Of a stretch of 64,000 nucleotides of DNA, positions 54,062 to 63,372 are shown piece by piece. Made by a program: the position numbers and the translations under genes. The notes beneath the pieces are model-generated. The model did no database searches and was not told the origin of the DNA. It worked only from the letters and a program-made list of their open reading frames with translations. Source of the DNA: Sandaracinaceae bacterium (GTDB lineage: Bacteria; Myxococcota_A; Polyangia; Polyangiales; Sandaracinaceae); the NCBI GenBank assembly GCA_044220955.1, contig JBGAQA010000001.1:1-64000 (forward strand), written 5' to 3'. Positions within the stretch are counted from its first letter, which is position 1. The number at the start of each line of letters is the position of its first letter.

Positions 54062-55414
54062 TCAGACCGCGGCCAGCGCGTCGACGAGGCGATCGAGATC
54101 CGCCTTGGTGTGGCGCTCGGTCACGGCGACCAGGAAGTCGCGGTCGCGATCCGCGTAGAACCTGCCGAGCGGCACACCGCCGAGGATGCCCTTGGCGCCG
54201 AGCGCGGCGAGCAGCGGCGCCGCCTTGCCCTCGTTGCGGCGCACGACGAACTCGTTGAACGTCGGCGCGCTCGCCGGGAGCGAGTAGCGGCCGGTCGCGA
54301 CGATGCGTCCCTTGAGGTACTCGGCCTTCGAGAGGCACGCTCGGCCCGCCTCGTCGAAGCCCTTCTTGCCGAGCATCGCGGTGCGGATGGTGAGCGCGAG
54401 CGCGACGAGGCCGTGGTTCGTGCAGATGTTGCTCGTCGCCTTCTCGCGGCGGATGTGCTGCTCGCGCGTCGAGAGCGTGAGCACGTATCCGCGGGTGCCC
54501 GCCTGGTCGACCGTCTCGCCGACGAGGCGGCCCGGCATCTTCTGGAGGTGCTCCTTGCGGGTCGCGAAGAGACCGACGCCGGGACCACCGAGCTGCGGTG
54601 GGAGCGCGAGCGCCTGACCCTCGCCGACCGCGATGTCCGCGCCGAACGCGCCGGGCGGCGCGAGCAGCGACATCGCATAGGGCTCGGCCGTCGCAGTGAC
54701 GAGCAGCGCACCTTTCTTCGTCGCGATCGCGCGGATCGCCGCGAGATCCTCCACGCAGCCGAGGAAGTTCGGATAGCCGACGAGCACCGCCGCCGTCGCG
54801 TCGTCGACGCAGGCCTCGAGCTCCGAGAGGTCCGTGCGCCCGTCGTCGTTGAGGCGCGCGAGCGCGAGCTCGGGCTTGCCGGCGTCGATGTTGCGTAGGT
54901 ACGTCGCGATGGTCTCGCGGTACTCGGGGTGCAGTCCCGCGCTGAGCACGATGCGCGTCTTGCCCGTCACGCGGCGCGCCATGGTCACGGCCTCGGCTGC
55001 GCCGCTCGCGCCGTCGTACATCGACGCGTTCGCGACCTCCATGCCGAAGAGCTCGGCGACCATCGTCTGGAACTCGAAGATCGCCTGCAGCGTGCCCTGC
55101 GCGACCTCGGGCTGGTAGGGCGTGTACGCGGTGTAGAACTCGCTCCGCAGCAGCAGCTGGTCGACCGCAGGCGGGATGTGGTGGTGGTAGAGCCCCGCGC
55201 CGAGGAACGAGAGCGCGCGCGACGAGTCGTTCTTGCTCGCGAGCGCCTCGAGGTGCCCCATGAGCGACGCCTCGTCGAGCGCAGGCTCGATCGCCAGGCG
55301 CCGGTTCAGGCGATACGCGGGGGGGACGTCGTCGAAGAGGGCGTCCAGCGACGGCGCCCCGATGGCGGCGAGCATGCTCTCGATCTCGGACTGCGTGTGG
55401 GGCAGGTAGCGCAT
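54062..55414 (-). CDS. gcvPA: Glycine dehydrogenase (decarboxylating) subunit 1
   Basis: MRYLPHT, EFYTAYTPYQPEVAQGTLQ, NASMYDG, REQHIRREKATSNICTN; 450 aa. Confidence 0.97.
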   Translation of the reverse strand: MRYLPHTQSEIESMLAAIGAPSLDALFDDVPPAYRLNRRLAIEPALDEASLMGHLEALASKNDSSRALSFLGAGLYHHHIPPAVDQLLLRSEFYTAYTPYQPEVAQGTLQAIFEFQTMVAELFGMEVANASMYDGASGAAEAVTMARRVTGKTRIVLSAGLHPEYRETIATYLRNIDAGKPELALARLNDDGRTDLSELEACVDDATAAVLVGYPNFLGCVEDLAAIRAIATKKGALLVTATAEPYAMSLLAPPGAFGADIAVGEGQALALPPQLGGPGVGLFATRKEHLQKMPGRLVGETVDQAGTRGYVLTLSTREQHIRREKATSNICTNHGLVALALTIRTAMLGKKGFDEAGRACLSKAEYLKGRIVATGRYSLPASAPTFNEFVVRRNEGKAAPLLAALGAKGILGGVPLGRFYADRDRDFLVAVTERHTKADLDRLVDALAAV

Positions 55415-55482
55415 ACGGGCGGGCGCTGATCTACCCGAAAACCGGCGCCGCGCGAGCGCGGAATTGCGCCGTTCGGCGAGCC

Positions 55483-55764
55483 TCAGCTCTGCGGGCCGGC
55501 GTCGCCGCCGGGGCCGGCGTCACCGCCGCGGCCGGCGTCGTAGATCGGGCTCGGCGCGCCGCAGCCGCCGCAGCCGCACGCCGCGAGGAGCACGGGCGCC
55601 GCGACGATCGCGGACGCGACGATCACCAGGCCGCCCGCCGTCATCGCCTTGCGCGCCACGGCGGGCCCGGACGACGCCGTTCGCGGGTCTCGACCGCAGA
55701 AGAGGCAGATCGAGTCACTCGCGTCACACCGACGACCGCAGGCACCACAGCGCATCGAGCTCAT
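55483..55764 (-). CDS. Small zinc-ribbon plus TM protein with Cys/Gly tail
   Basis: SD GGGAGG; CGACG...CLFCG; TM; ACGCGGCG; DAG repeats. Confidence 0.65.
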   Translation of the reverse strand: MSSMRCGACGRRCDASDSICLFCGRDPRTASSGPAVARKAMTAGGLVIVASAIVAAPVLLAACGCGGCGAPSPIYDAGRGGDAGPGGDAGPQS

Positions 55765-55811
55765 CGCAGCCTCCCGCGGCCAGTATCGTTCAACCGCACG
55801 CCGGGATGCGT

Positions 55812-55827
55812 AGCGATCGCCGTGCCA
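55812..55827 (-). promoter_or_regulatory. Sigma54 -24/-12 promoter
   Basis: Minus strand TGGCACG-GCGA-TCGCT, one mismatch from TGGCACG-N4-TTGCW. Confidence 0.65.
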
Positions 55828-56018
55828 CACGAATTGCCGACAGAAACGGAGTCGACCTGTGCCTCGATGCGCCGCGGACCTGCCGAATGAGGTCCCTGGT
55901 TCTCACCCTGCGCGCCCCCGCCTTCGGAGGCGCCGGCGCCGGGCGGTGGCCCTGGCGAGGGCAGGTGCACGGTCGGAGCCAGCTCGCCGACCGTCGCGGC
56001 CCTGGTCGCGGGGCGGTC

Positions 56019-56513
56019 TCACTCCGACGTCGCGAGCCGCTCGAGCGCGATCCGGGCCTCGGCGGCGGCGCGCCGCAGGTCCGCCCGCGCGCTCTCGTCT
56101 TCGCCGATGCCCGTCAGCCTCGGCAGGACGGCCCTGAGCTCCGCGCGCTCGCTCTCACGCGCGTCGAGCGAGCGCGCGTCGAGCGAGCGCGCGATCTCCG
56201 AGATCGCCTGCAACGCGCGCGGCGCGAGATCCGGGTCGCGACCGCCCGCGAGCTCGGCCAGCGTGGGCAGCGCCGCCTCCGGCGCGTGCAGCCGCGGCGT
56301 CGCCGAGACGGCGAGCACACGCACGGCGATCGGCGTCTCGGGCGCGAGCCGCGCGAGCACGGCGTCGTCGCCGATCCGATCGACCACGCGCGCGAGCTCG
56401 AGCGGGTCGGTGTCGTGCCCGGCGAGCAGCGGATCGACCGCCGCGGCCGGCTGCGCGGACGCGAGCCCGCCGAGGGCCAGGACGGAAACGATCGCGACCG
56501 AGCGACGCAACAC
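56019..56513 (-). CDS. Secreted helical (HEAT-like) hypothetical protein
   Basis: Signal peptide; ALPTLAELAGGRDPDLAPRALQAI. Confidence 0.65.
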   Translation of the reverse strand: MLRRSVAIVSVLALGGLASAQPAAAVDPLLAGHDTDPLELARVVDRIGDDAVLARLAPETPIAVRVLAVSATPRLHAPEAALPTLAELAGGRDPDLAPRALQAISEIARSLDARSLDARESERAELRAVLPRLTGIGEDESARADLRRAAAEARIALERLATSE

Positions 56514-56599
56514 GGGCGAACTCTACTCGATGGCGTGCGCGATCGCCGCGCTGACGACCGGCGCGGCCCGGTCGAGATCGACGGGGCTCGATTCGTCAC

Positions 56600-57427
56600 T
56601 CACTCGATCGCGGAAGCGATCGCCGCGAGCTCCTCGATCGTCAGCGTCTCGGCGCGCCGGACGCCGTCGATCCCGCAGGCCGAGAGCGCGCGATCGACGG
56701 CGTCCAGCGGGTAGTCTCGCCCGAGCGCGTTGCGCAGCGTCTTGCGTCGCGTTCCGAAGCCCGCGTGCACGACGCGCACGAACGTCTCGGTCTCCTCCGC
56801 GCGCGGCCTCGCCCGCGGCACGAGGCGCACGACCGCGCTGTCCACCTTGGGCGCGGGATGGAACGCGCCCGCAGGCACGCGGAGCAGGGAGCGGACCTCG
56901 AACGCTGCCTGCACGAACACGCTGGGCATGCCCCACGCCTTCGTGCCCGGTGACGCCACGAGGCGATCCCGCACCTCCTTCTGGATCATCAGCACCGCGT
57001 GGGTGAGCGCGCGGCGATGGCGGCCGAGGTTCGTCAGGATCGCGCCGGTCGCCGCGTACGGCAGGTTCCCGGCGAGCACGAAGGGGCCCTGCCGTCCGAG
57101 CCCGGACAGGTCGACCTGAGCCGCGTCGGCCTCGATGACCTCGAGCGCGCGATCCCCGAGGTCGGCGCGCAGCACGGCGATCATGTCGCGATCCCGCTCG
57201 ACGGCGGTGACCCGCGCACCGCGGCGCAGCAGGGCGGCGGTCAACGTCCCGAGCCCCGGGCCGAGCTCGACGACGTGCGTGCCCGCCGCGGGTACGGCGG
57301 CATCCGCGATCGCCTCGACGACGCTGCGCGCGACGAGGAAGTTCTGCGAGAACGAGCGCTTCGGCGAGAGGCCGTGCCGGGCCAGGGCCTTGCGCGGATC
57401 CTCCCACTCGTCGACCGGGGACGGCAT
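56600..57427 (-). CDS. rsmA: 16S rRNA dimethyladenosine transferase
   Basis: SQNFL, VELGPGLGTLT, GNLPY, MIQKEV, PAPKVDS, RRKTLRNAL. Confidence 0.96.
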   Translation of the reverse strand: MPSPVDEWEDPRKALARHGLSPKRSFSQNFLVARSVVEAIADAAVPAAGTHVVELGPGLGTLTAALLRRGARVTAVERDRDMIAVLRADLGDRALEVIEADAAQVDLSGLGRQGPFVLAGNLPYAATGAILTNLGRHRRALTHAVLMIQKEVRDRLVASPGTKAWGMPSVFVQAAFEVRSLLRVPAGAFHPAPKVDSAVVRLVPRARPRAEETETFVRVVHAGFGTRRKTLRNALGRDYPLDAVDRALSACGIDGVRRAETLTIEELAAIASAIE

Positions 57428-57431
57428 CGGC

Positions 57432-59060
57432 TCACGCGGCGCGGCGTGCGCCGACCTCGAGCGCCGCCAGCGCGGTCGCCGGTGAGTCGGACGCACGCAG
57501 CGTGATCACGCGGACGCCGAGGGCACCGAGCAGCGTCCGCATGTCCACCACGCGGCGCCGCTCGCCGCGCGCGTACACGTCGAAGACCAGGCGCTCGCCG
57601 CCGGTCTTGGGCGCGCGCGCGAAGCTCGGCGCATCGGGGACGAACATCGTCAGCGAGTGGCCGCGCGCGCGCAGGAGCTTGACCGCGCTGACGAGCGGCG
57701 TGGGGTCGCCGACGCCGTCGAGGTCGGTGAGGATCCCGATCCCGGCCGGTCCCTTCGTGCGCGCGCCGATCTCGCGCAACGCCGCCGCCAGCCCGGGCGC
57801 CTTCGCGCCGTCGCGCGGGTCGGCGCGATAGGGGAGCGGGATGCCGCGCGCCTTGCAGAAGCGCCGCAGGAGATGGCTCGCGGGCGTCGATGCGACGATC
57901 GGCGCGGCCTTCGCGCCCTCGGCTCCGTCGCCCTGCGCGAGCACCTTCTGCACGTGCCGCAGCATGAGCGGCACGTTCCACTCGGTGCGGCTCGCGACGA
58001 AGTCGATGCCGTCCTGCTGGCGCAGGTAGCGGCCCACCACGCCGATCACGTCGAGCTCGTCGGCATCCGTGAGATCCTCGTCCACGACCTCGGTCGCCGC
58101 GAGCAGCGCGTCGAAGATCCGCAAGAGCTGCGCCGGCCCGTCGTGCGCCGGGACGTGCGCGAGGATTCGCCCGTCGACCGTCAAGAGCCCGACCTGATCC
58201 CCTGCCGCGAGCCCGCGACGCGCGTGCGCCGCGATCGCCTCGATCGCGTGGTCGAGCTTGCGCGCGCCGAGCGCCCCGCCGCGCATCGTGCCGCTGACGT
58301 CGAGCACGACGTAGCGCGTCTCCTCCACCTCCTGCTCGACCTCGCGCACGAGCAGACGCCCGCGACGTGCGCTCGCCTTCCACGCGATCTGCTTGAACGG
58401 ATCTCCGGGCACCATGTCGCGGATCTCCCGGAGCTCGGTGCCCCCACCGCTCGACACGAGGCTCGCGCCGCTCCGCTCCACGGTCACGCCCGTCTGCGCG
58501 CGCACCGCCCGCGGCACGCGTGCCGCCGCCTGCGGCAGCACCTTGATCACGAGCGGGTTCGGGAAATAGAGAGGCACCTCGAAGAGCCCGAGCGGCCCCG
58601 AGAGCGTCACCGCGAGGCCGTGCAGCACGACGCGCCCGGCAGCCTGCGCGACCAGCCGGAACGAGAGCTCGGTGCGGGAGCCGGGAGTGACCTCGATCGC
58701 GCGCAGCGCTTCGTCCTCCAGGGCCGCTCCACCCGGGATGATGGGCTCGACGTTCGTGAGTCGCAGGAAGTCCTCGCCGCGGTGGCGAACGAAGCAGCGC
58801 ACCTCGAAGGGCGTGCGCGGCACGACGGCGCCACCACCGGCGCCCGGATCGCCGTGGGCGAGCCACCAGGCGAACTCGAGCCGCTCGCGACGCACCCGGC
58901 GGCCGAGCGGGATCGTCGTCATCAGCGCGATCGCGAGCAACACGGCGATGGCGCCCCCGAGGATCGTCGCGGCCGCCGACGCGAGCAGCGCGCCGGTGAT
59001 GGTCATGATCGCGGCGGCCAGGCAGAGCGCGCTCGCCGTTCGGGTGGGGATCGGCAGCAC
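57432..59060 (-). CDS. DUF58 (vWA-like) membrane protein
   Basis: N-terminal TMs; ELREIRDMVPGDPFKQIAWKASAR; LDVSGTM. Confidence 0.9.
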   Translation of the reverse strand: MLPIPTRTASALCLAAAIMTITGALLASAAATILGGAIAVLLAIALMTTIPLGRRVRRERLEFAWWLAHGDPGAGGGAVVPRTPFEVRCFVRHRGEDFLRLTNVEPIIPGGAALEDEALRAIEVTPGSRTELSFRLVAQAAGRVVLHGLAVTLSGPLGLFEVPLYFPNPLVIKVLPQAAARVPRAVRAQTGVTVERSGASLVSSGGGTELREIRDMVPGDPFKQIAWKASARRGRLLVREVEQEVEETRYVVLDVSGTMRGGALGARKLDHAIEAIAAHARRGLAAGDQVGLLTVDGRILAHVPAHDGPAQLLRIFDALLAATEVVDEDLTDADELDVIGVVGRYLRQQDGIDFVASRTEWNVPLMLRHVQKVLAQGDGAEGAKAAPIVASTPASHLLRRFCKARGIPLPYRADPRDGAKAPGLAAALREIGARTKGPAGIGILTDLDGVGDPTPLVSAVKLLRARGHSLTMFVPDAPSFARAPKTGGERLVFDVYARGERRRVVDMRTLLGALGVRVITLRASDSPATALAALEVGARRAA

Positions 59061-59069
59061 GTGCGATCC

Positions 59070-60056
59070 CTACGCCTCGCGCCGGTGCGGCACGTCGGCG
59101 AGCGCCTTCTGCACGAGATCCTGGCGGCTCGTGCCCTCCATCTCGGCCTCCGGCGTGAGAACCAGACGGTGGGCGAGGACTGGGACCGCGAGCGCCTTCA
59201 CGTCGTCGGGCAACACGAAGGGCCGGCCTGCGATCAACGCGCGCGCGCGTGCGGCCGACACGAGCGCGAGCGACGCGCGGGGCGAGACGCCGAGGAGCAC
59301 CCTCGCCTGCTGCCGCGTGTACGTCGCGATCCGGACGACGTAGTCGAGGATCTCCTCCTCGACGTGCACGCGGCCGACGAGCGCCTGCAGGCGCCGGACC
59401 TCGCCCTCGTCGAGCACCCGACGCGCCTCCGGGCTGCCCTCGAGGAAGCGCCGCAGGACGGTCTTCTCGTCTCGCGCCGCGGGGTAGCCGATGAGGATCC
59501 GGACGAGGAATCGGTCGATCTGAGCCTCGGGGAGCGGGTACGTCCCGGCCTGCTCGACCGGGTTCTGCGTGGCCAGGACGATGAAGGGCGCCGGGAGCGG
59601 CCGCGTGTCGCCCTCGATCGTCGCCTGGTGCTCCTGCATGGCCTCGAGCAGCGCGCTCTGCGTCTTGGCGGGGGCGCGGTTGATCTCGTCGCCGAGCAGG
59701 ACGTTGGTGAAGATCGGGCCCTCTCGCAGGGTGAACGTGCCCTCTTTCGGCGAGAACACGTAGGTGCCCGTGATGTCGGCGGGTAGCAGATCGGGAGTGA
59801 ACTGGATGCGGCGGAACGAGCTGCCGAGCGTGGCCGCGAACGCCTTGCAGAGCGTGGTCTTCGCGACCCCGGGCACTCCCTCGAGCAGCGCGTGGCCGCG
59901 CGCGAGGAGCGTGACGAGCAGGAGCTCCGGGACCGTGCGCGTGCCGACGTAGACGCGCTGGACCTCGTCGATGACCGCGTTCGCGCGCGTCGAGACCTCC
60001 GCGAGCTCGTGAGGCTCGAGCGTGACGGCCCCGTCGCGCAGCGTCCCGTCGCTCAC
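59070..60056 (-). CDS. MoxR-family AAA+ ATPase
   Basis: LLEGVPGVAKT, RIQFTPDLLPADITG, DEINRAPAKTQSALLEAM, ATQNPVE; GTGA overlap. Confidence 0.96.
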   Translation of the reverse strand: MSDGTLRDGAVTLEPHELAEVSTRANAVIDEVQRVYVGTRTVPELLLVTLLARGHALLEGVPGVAKTTLCKAFAATLGSSFRRIQFTPDLLPADITGTYVFSPKEGTFTLREGPIFTNVLLGDEINRAPAKTQSALLEAMQEHQATIEGDTRPLPAPFIVLATQNPVEQAGTYPLPEAQIDRFLVRILIGYPAARDEKTVLRRFLEGSPEARRVLDEGEVRRLQALVGRVHVEEEILDYVVRIATYTRQQARVLLGVSPRASLALVSAARARALIAGRPFVLPDDVKALAVPVLAHRLVLTPEAEMEGTSRQDLVQKALADVPHRREA

Positions 60057-61342
60057 GAGCGCAGCTCTCGCTTGGCGACTCGCTCGAGCAGCGCGTCTCC
60101 ACGCGTGACGAGCGAGCGGAGCAGCGTCTCGGAGATCGGATGATCGCCCGCGTGTCGCTCGGCCCGGTCCTCGGCCCGGGACAGCTCGCCGAGCAGCGCG
60201 CGCGCCTGCTCGACCTCGCTCGCGGAGAGCCCACGTTTCTGCATCGCCTGCACCACGTCCATCAACGAAGAGCGTCCCGAGAGGCCGAGCCGGGCGTGCA
60301 GCTCGGTCTCGAGCTCGAACTTGTACACGAGGAAGGGCTCCGTGAGATCGGCGGCGCGCGCAGCGTACCATCCCACGCGCCCGACGAAGCCACCCTCCTG
60401 CGCGGGCCGCGTCGCGAACGACGCGCTCCCGTACGGCGAGGCCTTGGGCAGGACCCCGGCGCCGAAGAGCAGCAAGATCGCGGCGAGCGACGCGGCCAGG
60501 ACCCGGAGCGCCGCGGGGGGCAGCGACCAACGGTCGAGCTCACCGAGCAGCGTGCGCAGGTTCGAGAGCGGGTCCGCGAGCGTGCTCGGCCCGTAGTGGC
60601 CGCCGACGCGCCCGTCCGGCGGGACGATCAGCACGCGCCCCTCCGGCCGCGATACGAACTCGATCAGGTTCTCCGCGAAGCGCCGGTTGCCACGCATCTG
60701 CAGCATGTTGTTGATGAGGACGCTGGGATCCGAGACGACGACGAGGCGGCCCTGGTGCTGCTCCTCGCCGACCGCGCCCGCGAGCACCACGGCGTCGCCC
60801 GCGGCGATCTCGAAGATCGGCGGCAGCGGTCCGCCCCGCTCCGTCGTGCGGGAGGCGTCCGGGTGATGCACGGCGACCTGGGGATGGTTGGTCACGAGCG
60901 CGTCGACCCCGAGCGTCAGCGGATGTTGCATCGCGGGGTGGGCCACCAGGAGCTGCGGGTTGCCGCGCAGACGGAGGACCCCCTCGTCCGTGCGCGGCGC
61001 GCGGCGCTCGATGTGGAACGTCTCCAGGATCGCGCCACCGGCGCCGAAGTCGTCGGCCACCACCACGCGACCGCCGTCCCGCATCATCGCGACGAGCGGC
61101 TCCGCGAGCGGGGTCTCGCGCGGCGAGACGAGCAGTACGGCATCGTCGGCGCTCAGCGTCGAGGCGTCGAGGTCGCGCGTGACCAACGCGTGGGAGCGCT
61201 GCTCGGCGATCGCGAGCAGCTCGGAGAGCCCGTTCCACTCCGTGTTGTCCGGGTCGAAGTCGCTCGGATCCTGCGCGAGCGCCGATGACGCGGCGCTCCA
61301 GAGGGACAGGGCCACCACGACCGACGCCAGCGCACCTCTCAC
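60053..61342 (-). CDS. DUF4350-like membrane protein
   Basis: Signal peptide; WNGLSEL, GGRVVVADD, GRLVVVSDPSVLINNML, TM; typical partner of MoxR-DUF58. Start 61342 or 61354. Confidence 0.8.
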   Translation of the reverse strand: MRGALASVVVALSLWSAASSALAQDPSDFDPDNTEWNGLSELLAIAEQRSHALVTRDLDASTLSADDAVLLVSPRETPLAEPLVAMMRDGGRVVVADDFGAGGAILETFHIERRAPRTDEGVLRLRGNPQLLVAHPAMQHPLTLGVDALVTNHPQVAVHHPDASRTTERGGPLPPIFEIAAGDAVVLAGAVGEEQHQGRLVVVSDPSVLINNMLQMRGNRRFAENLIEFVSRPEGRVLIVPPDGRVGGHYGPSTLADPLSNLRTLLGELDRWSLPPAALRVLAASLAAILLLFGAGVLPKASPYGSASFATRPAQEGGFVGRVGWYAARAADLTEPFLVYKFELETELHARLGLSGRSSLMDVVQAMQKRGLSASEVEQARALLGELSRAEDRAERHAGDHPISETLLRSLVTRGDALLERVAKRELRS

Positions 61343-61439
61343 CGGCGCAATCATAGCCGCCGTGAACGAAAAGCGCGCCGGGACGTCACATCCGGGCGCG
61401 CTTGTCAGAGCGGGAGTGCCCGAGCGGTCGGGCCGTCGA

Positions 61440-61601
61440 TCATCCGAGGTCGATGACGACGACACCGCGGTTGGCCTCGTCGCCCTCGGCCTCGCGGGGC
61501 CTGGGCGGAGGCATCGGGATGTCCACGAAAGGACGCTGCTCCCTGCGCGCCTCGTCTTCCTCGCGGCGGCGGATCTTCTCGATGATGAAGGGAGGCAGCA
61601 T
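61440..61601 (-). CDS. Small protein (53 aa)
   Basis: SD AGAGGAG then MLPPFIIEKIRRREEDEARREQRPFVDIPMPPPRPREAEGDEANRGVVVIDLG (tail of ORF 61440..63470). Confidence 0.65.
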   Translation of the reverse strand: MLPPFIIEKIRRREEDEARREQRPFVDIPMPPPRPREAEGDEANRGVVVIDLG

Positions 61602-61771
61602 GGCGATGTCTCCTCTCGGCTCGGGCCAGACTCGTCTCGCTCGGAAACGTGCAGCGTACGTGCCACGACTATAACAACCGATCGGTCCCTGTAAAGATAC
61701 GAGGGGCGCCGGAAGGCTTGGATCGGCGACGCGCTGCGTCGAAGCCCATGACGGGCATCGCGCCCCGCAGG

Positions 61772-62158
61772 TCAGTGGTCCAGGGTGCCGAGGTACGCCT
61801 CGTAGGCGGCGGCGTCCATCAGGCCATCCAGGCTGCCCGCGCCCTTCAGCGCGATCATCCAGCCCTTGTCGTAGGGGCCCTCGTTGACGAGCTCCGGTGA
61901 GCCTTCGAGCTTGTCGTTGATCTCGGCGACCTCGCCGTGGACCGGAGCGAAGAGCTCGCTGACGGTCTTGACGGACTCGATGTCGCCGAAGTGCGCGTGG
62001 GCGTCGAGCTTCGCGCCGACCTTGGGGAGATCCACCAGCGTCACGTCGCCGAGCTGCTCGACGGCGTAGCCGGTGATGCCGACGCGCACGAGGTCGCCCT
62101 CCTTGCGCGCCCACTCGTGGTCCTTGGTGTACTTCAGATCCGACGGGTACTTGGACAT
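61772..62158 (-). CDS. gcvH: Glycine cleavage system H protein
   Basis: YTKDHEW, IESVKTVSE (lipoyl Lys), PELVN...GW. Confidence 0.97.
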   Translation of the reverse strand: MSKYPSDLKYTKDHEWARKEGDLVRVGITGYAVEQLGDVTLVDLPKVGAKLDAHAHFGDIESVKTVSELFAPVHGEVAEINDKLEGSPELVNEGPYDKGWMIALKGAGSLDGLMDAAAYEAYLGTLDH

Positions 62159-62185
62159 CTCGCTCTCCCTCGCTCTGTCTCACTC

Positions 62186-63307
62186 TCACTTCGCGCGCTT
62201 GTAGAACGGCGTCTTCACCACGACGGCCTCCACCGCCTTGCCGCGGACCTGGACGCCGATCTTCGAGCCGAGCGCCGAGAGTGCGGTCGGCACGTATCCC
62301 AGCCCGATGTTCTTGTCGAGCGTAGGCGAGGGTGAGCCGCTCGTGACGATGCCGATCGTCTTGCCGCCGGCTTCGCTCCCATCCCACTCGACGATCGGGT
62401 AGCCGTGGCGGCCGATGCCTCGGCCGACCATCTCGAAGCCGACCATCTTCCGCGTCAGGCCCGCCGCCTGGATCTTCTTCAGCGCGTCCTTGCCGAGGAA
62501 GTCGCGCGGCTTGTCCAGCTTCACCACCCAGCCGAGCCCCGCCTCGAGGGGGTTGGTCGTCTCGTCGATCTCGTTGCCGTAGAGGGAGAGCCGCCCCTCG
62601 AGGCGCAGCGTGTCGCGCGCGCCGAGACCGCAGGGCTCGAGGCCGAAGGCCTTTCCCGCCGAGACGAGCGCGCGCCACAGGGTCACCGCCCCGGCGTTCG
62701 CGCAGAAGAGCTCGAAGCCGTCCTCGGCGGTGTAGCCGGTCCGCGCCGCGATCACCGGGACCCCCGCGATCGCTGCGTCGGTGAGCGAGAACGACGCGAG
62801 CGCGGGGATCGCCTCGCTCGCCCCCGCCGCGCGCACGACGTCCACGGCCTTCGGACCCTGGATCGCGATCAGCGCGAAGCGGTCGCTCGCGTCCTCGAAG
62901 CTGATCTTCCCCTCGCAGTGCTTGCGGAAGTGGCTGGCGATCTTGTCGCGGTTGGACGCGTTCATCACGACGAGGAAGCGATCCCGCCCGCGACGGTAGA
63001 CGATCAGATCGTCGAGGATCGTGCCCCCCGCGTTGCATGCGACGTTGTAGACGGCCTTGCCGTCGGGAAGCTTCGTGAGGTCGGCGGTGACCAGGGCGTC
63101 GATGGTCTCCTCCGCCTTCGGGCCCTCGAGGATCATCTCCCCCATGTGAGACACGTCGAAGAGGCCCGCCGCCGTGCGCACCGCGGCGTGCTCCTTGAGC
63201 AGCCCGGCGTACTGGACGGGCATCTCCCACCCCGCGAACGGGACGATGCGGCCACCGAGGGCCTTGTGTTCTTCGAAGAGGGGCGTGCGTCGGAGGGTCT
63301 CGCTCAC
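62186..63307 (-). CDS. gcvT: Glycine cleavage system aminomethyltransferase
   Basis: [39 protein letters not shown]; probable start GTG 63307. Confidence 0.97.
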   Translation of the reverse strand: MSETLRRTPLFEEHKALGGRIVPFAGWEMPVQYAGLLKEHAAVRTAAGLFDVSHMGEMILEGPKAEETIDALVTADLTKLPDGKAVYNVACNAGGTILDDLIVYRRGRDRFLVVMNASNRDKIASHFRKHCEGKISFEDASDRFALIAIQGPKAVDVVRAAGASEAIPALASFSLTDAAIAGVPVIAARTGYTAEDGFELFCANAGAVTLWRALVSAGKAFGLEPCGLGARDTLRLEGRLSLYGNEIDETTNPLEAGLGWVVKLDKPRDFLGKDALKKIQAAGLTRKMVGFEMVGRGIGRHGYPIVEWDGSEAGGKTIGIVTSGSPSPTLDKNIGLGYVPTALSALGSKIGVQVRGKAVEAVVVKTPFYKRAK

Positions 63308-63372
63308 GCGCCGAAAGTACGCGATCGGGCCGCGGCGGCGCAACGCGCGTGGAGGGGCCGCGATAAGCGGGC

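Noticed and set aside
63308..63372. Glycine riboswitch upstream of gcvT
   Set aside because: Only about 65 bp separate the divergent genes and no aptamer motifs are present; gcvT looks leaderless.
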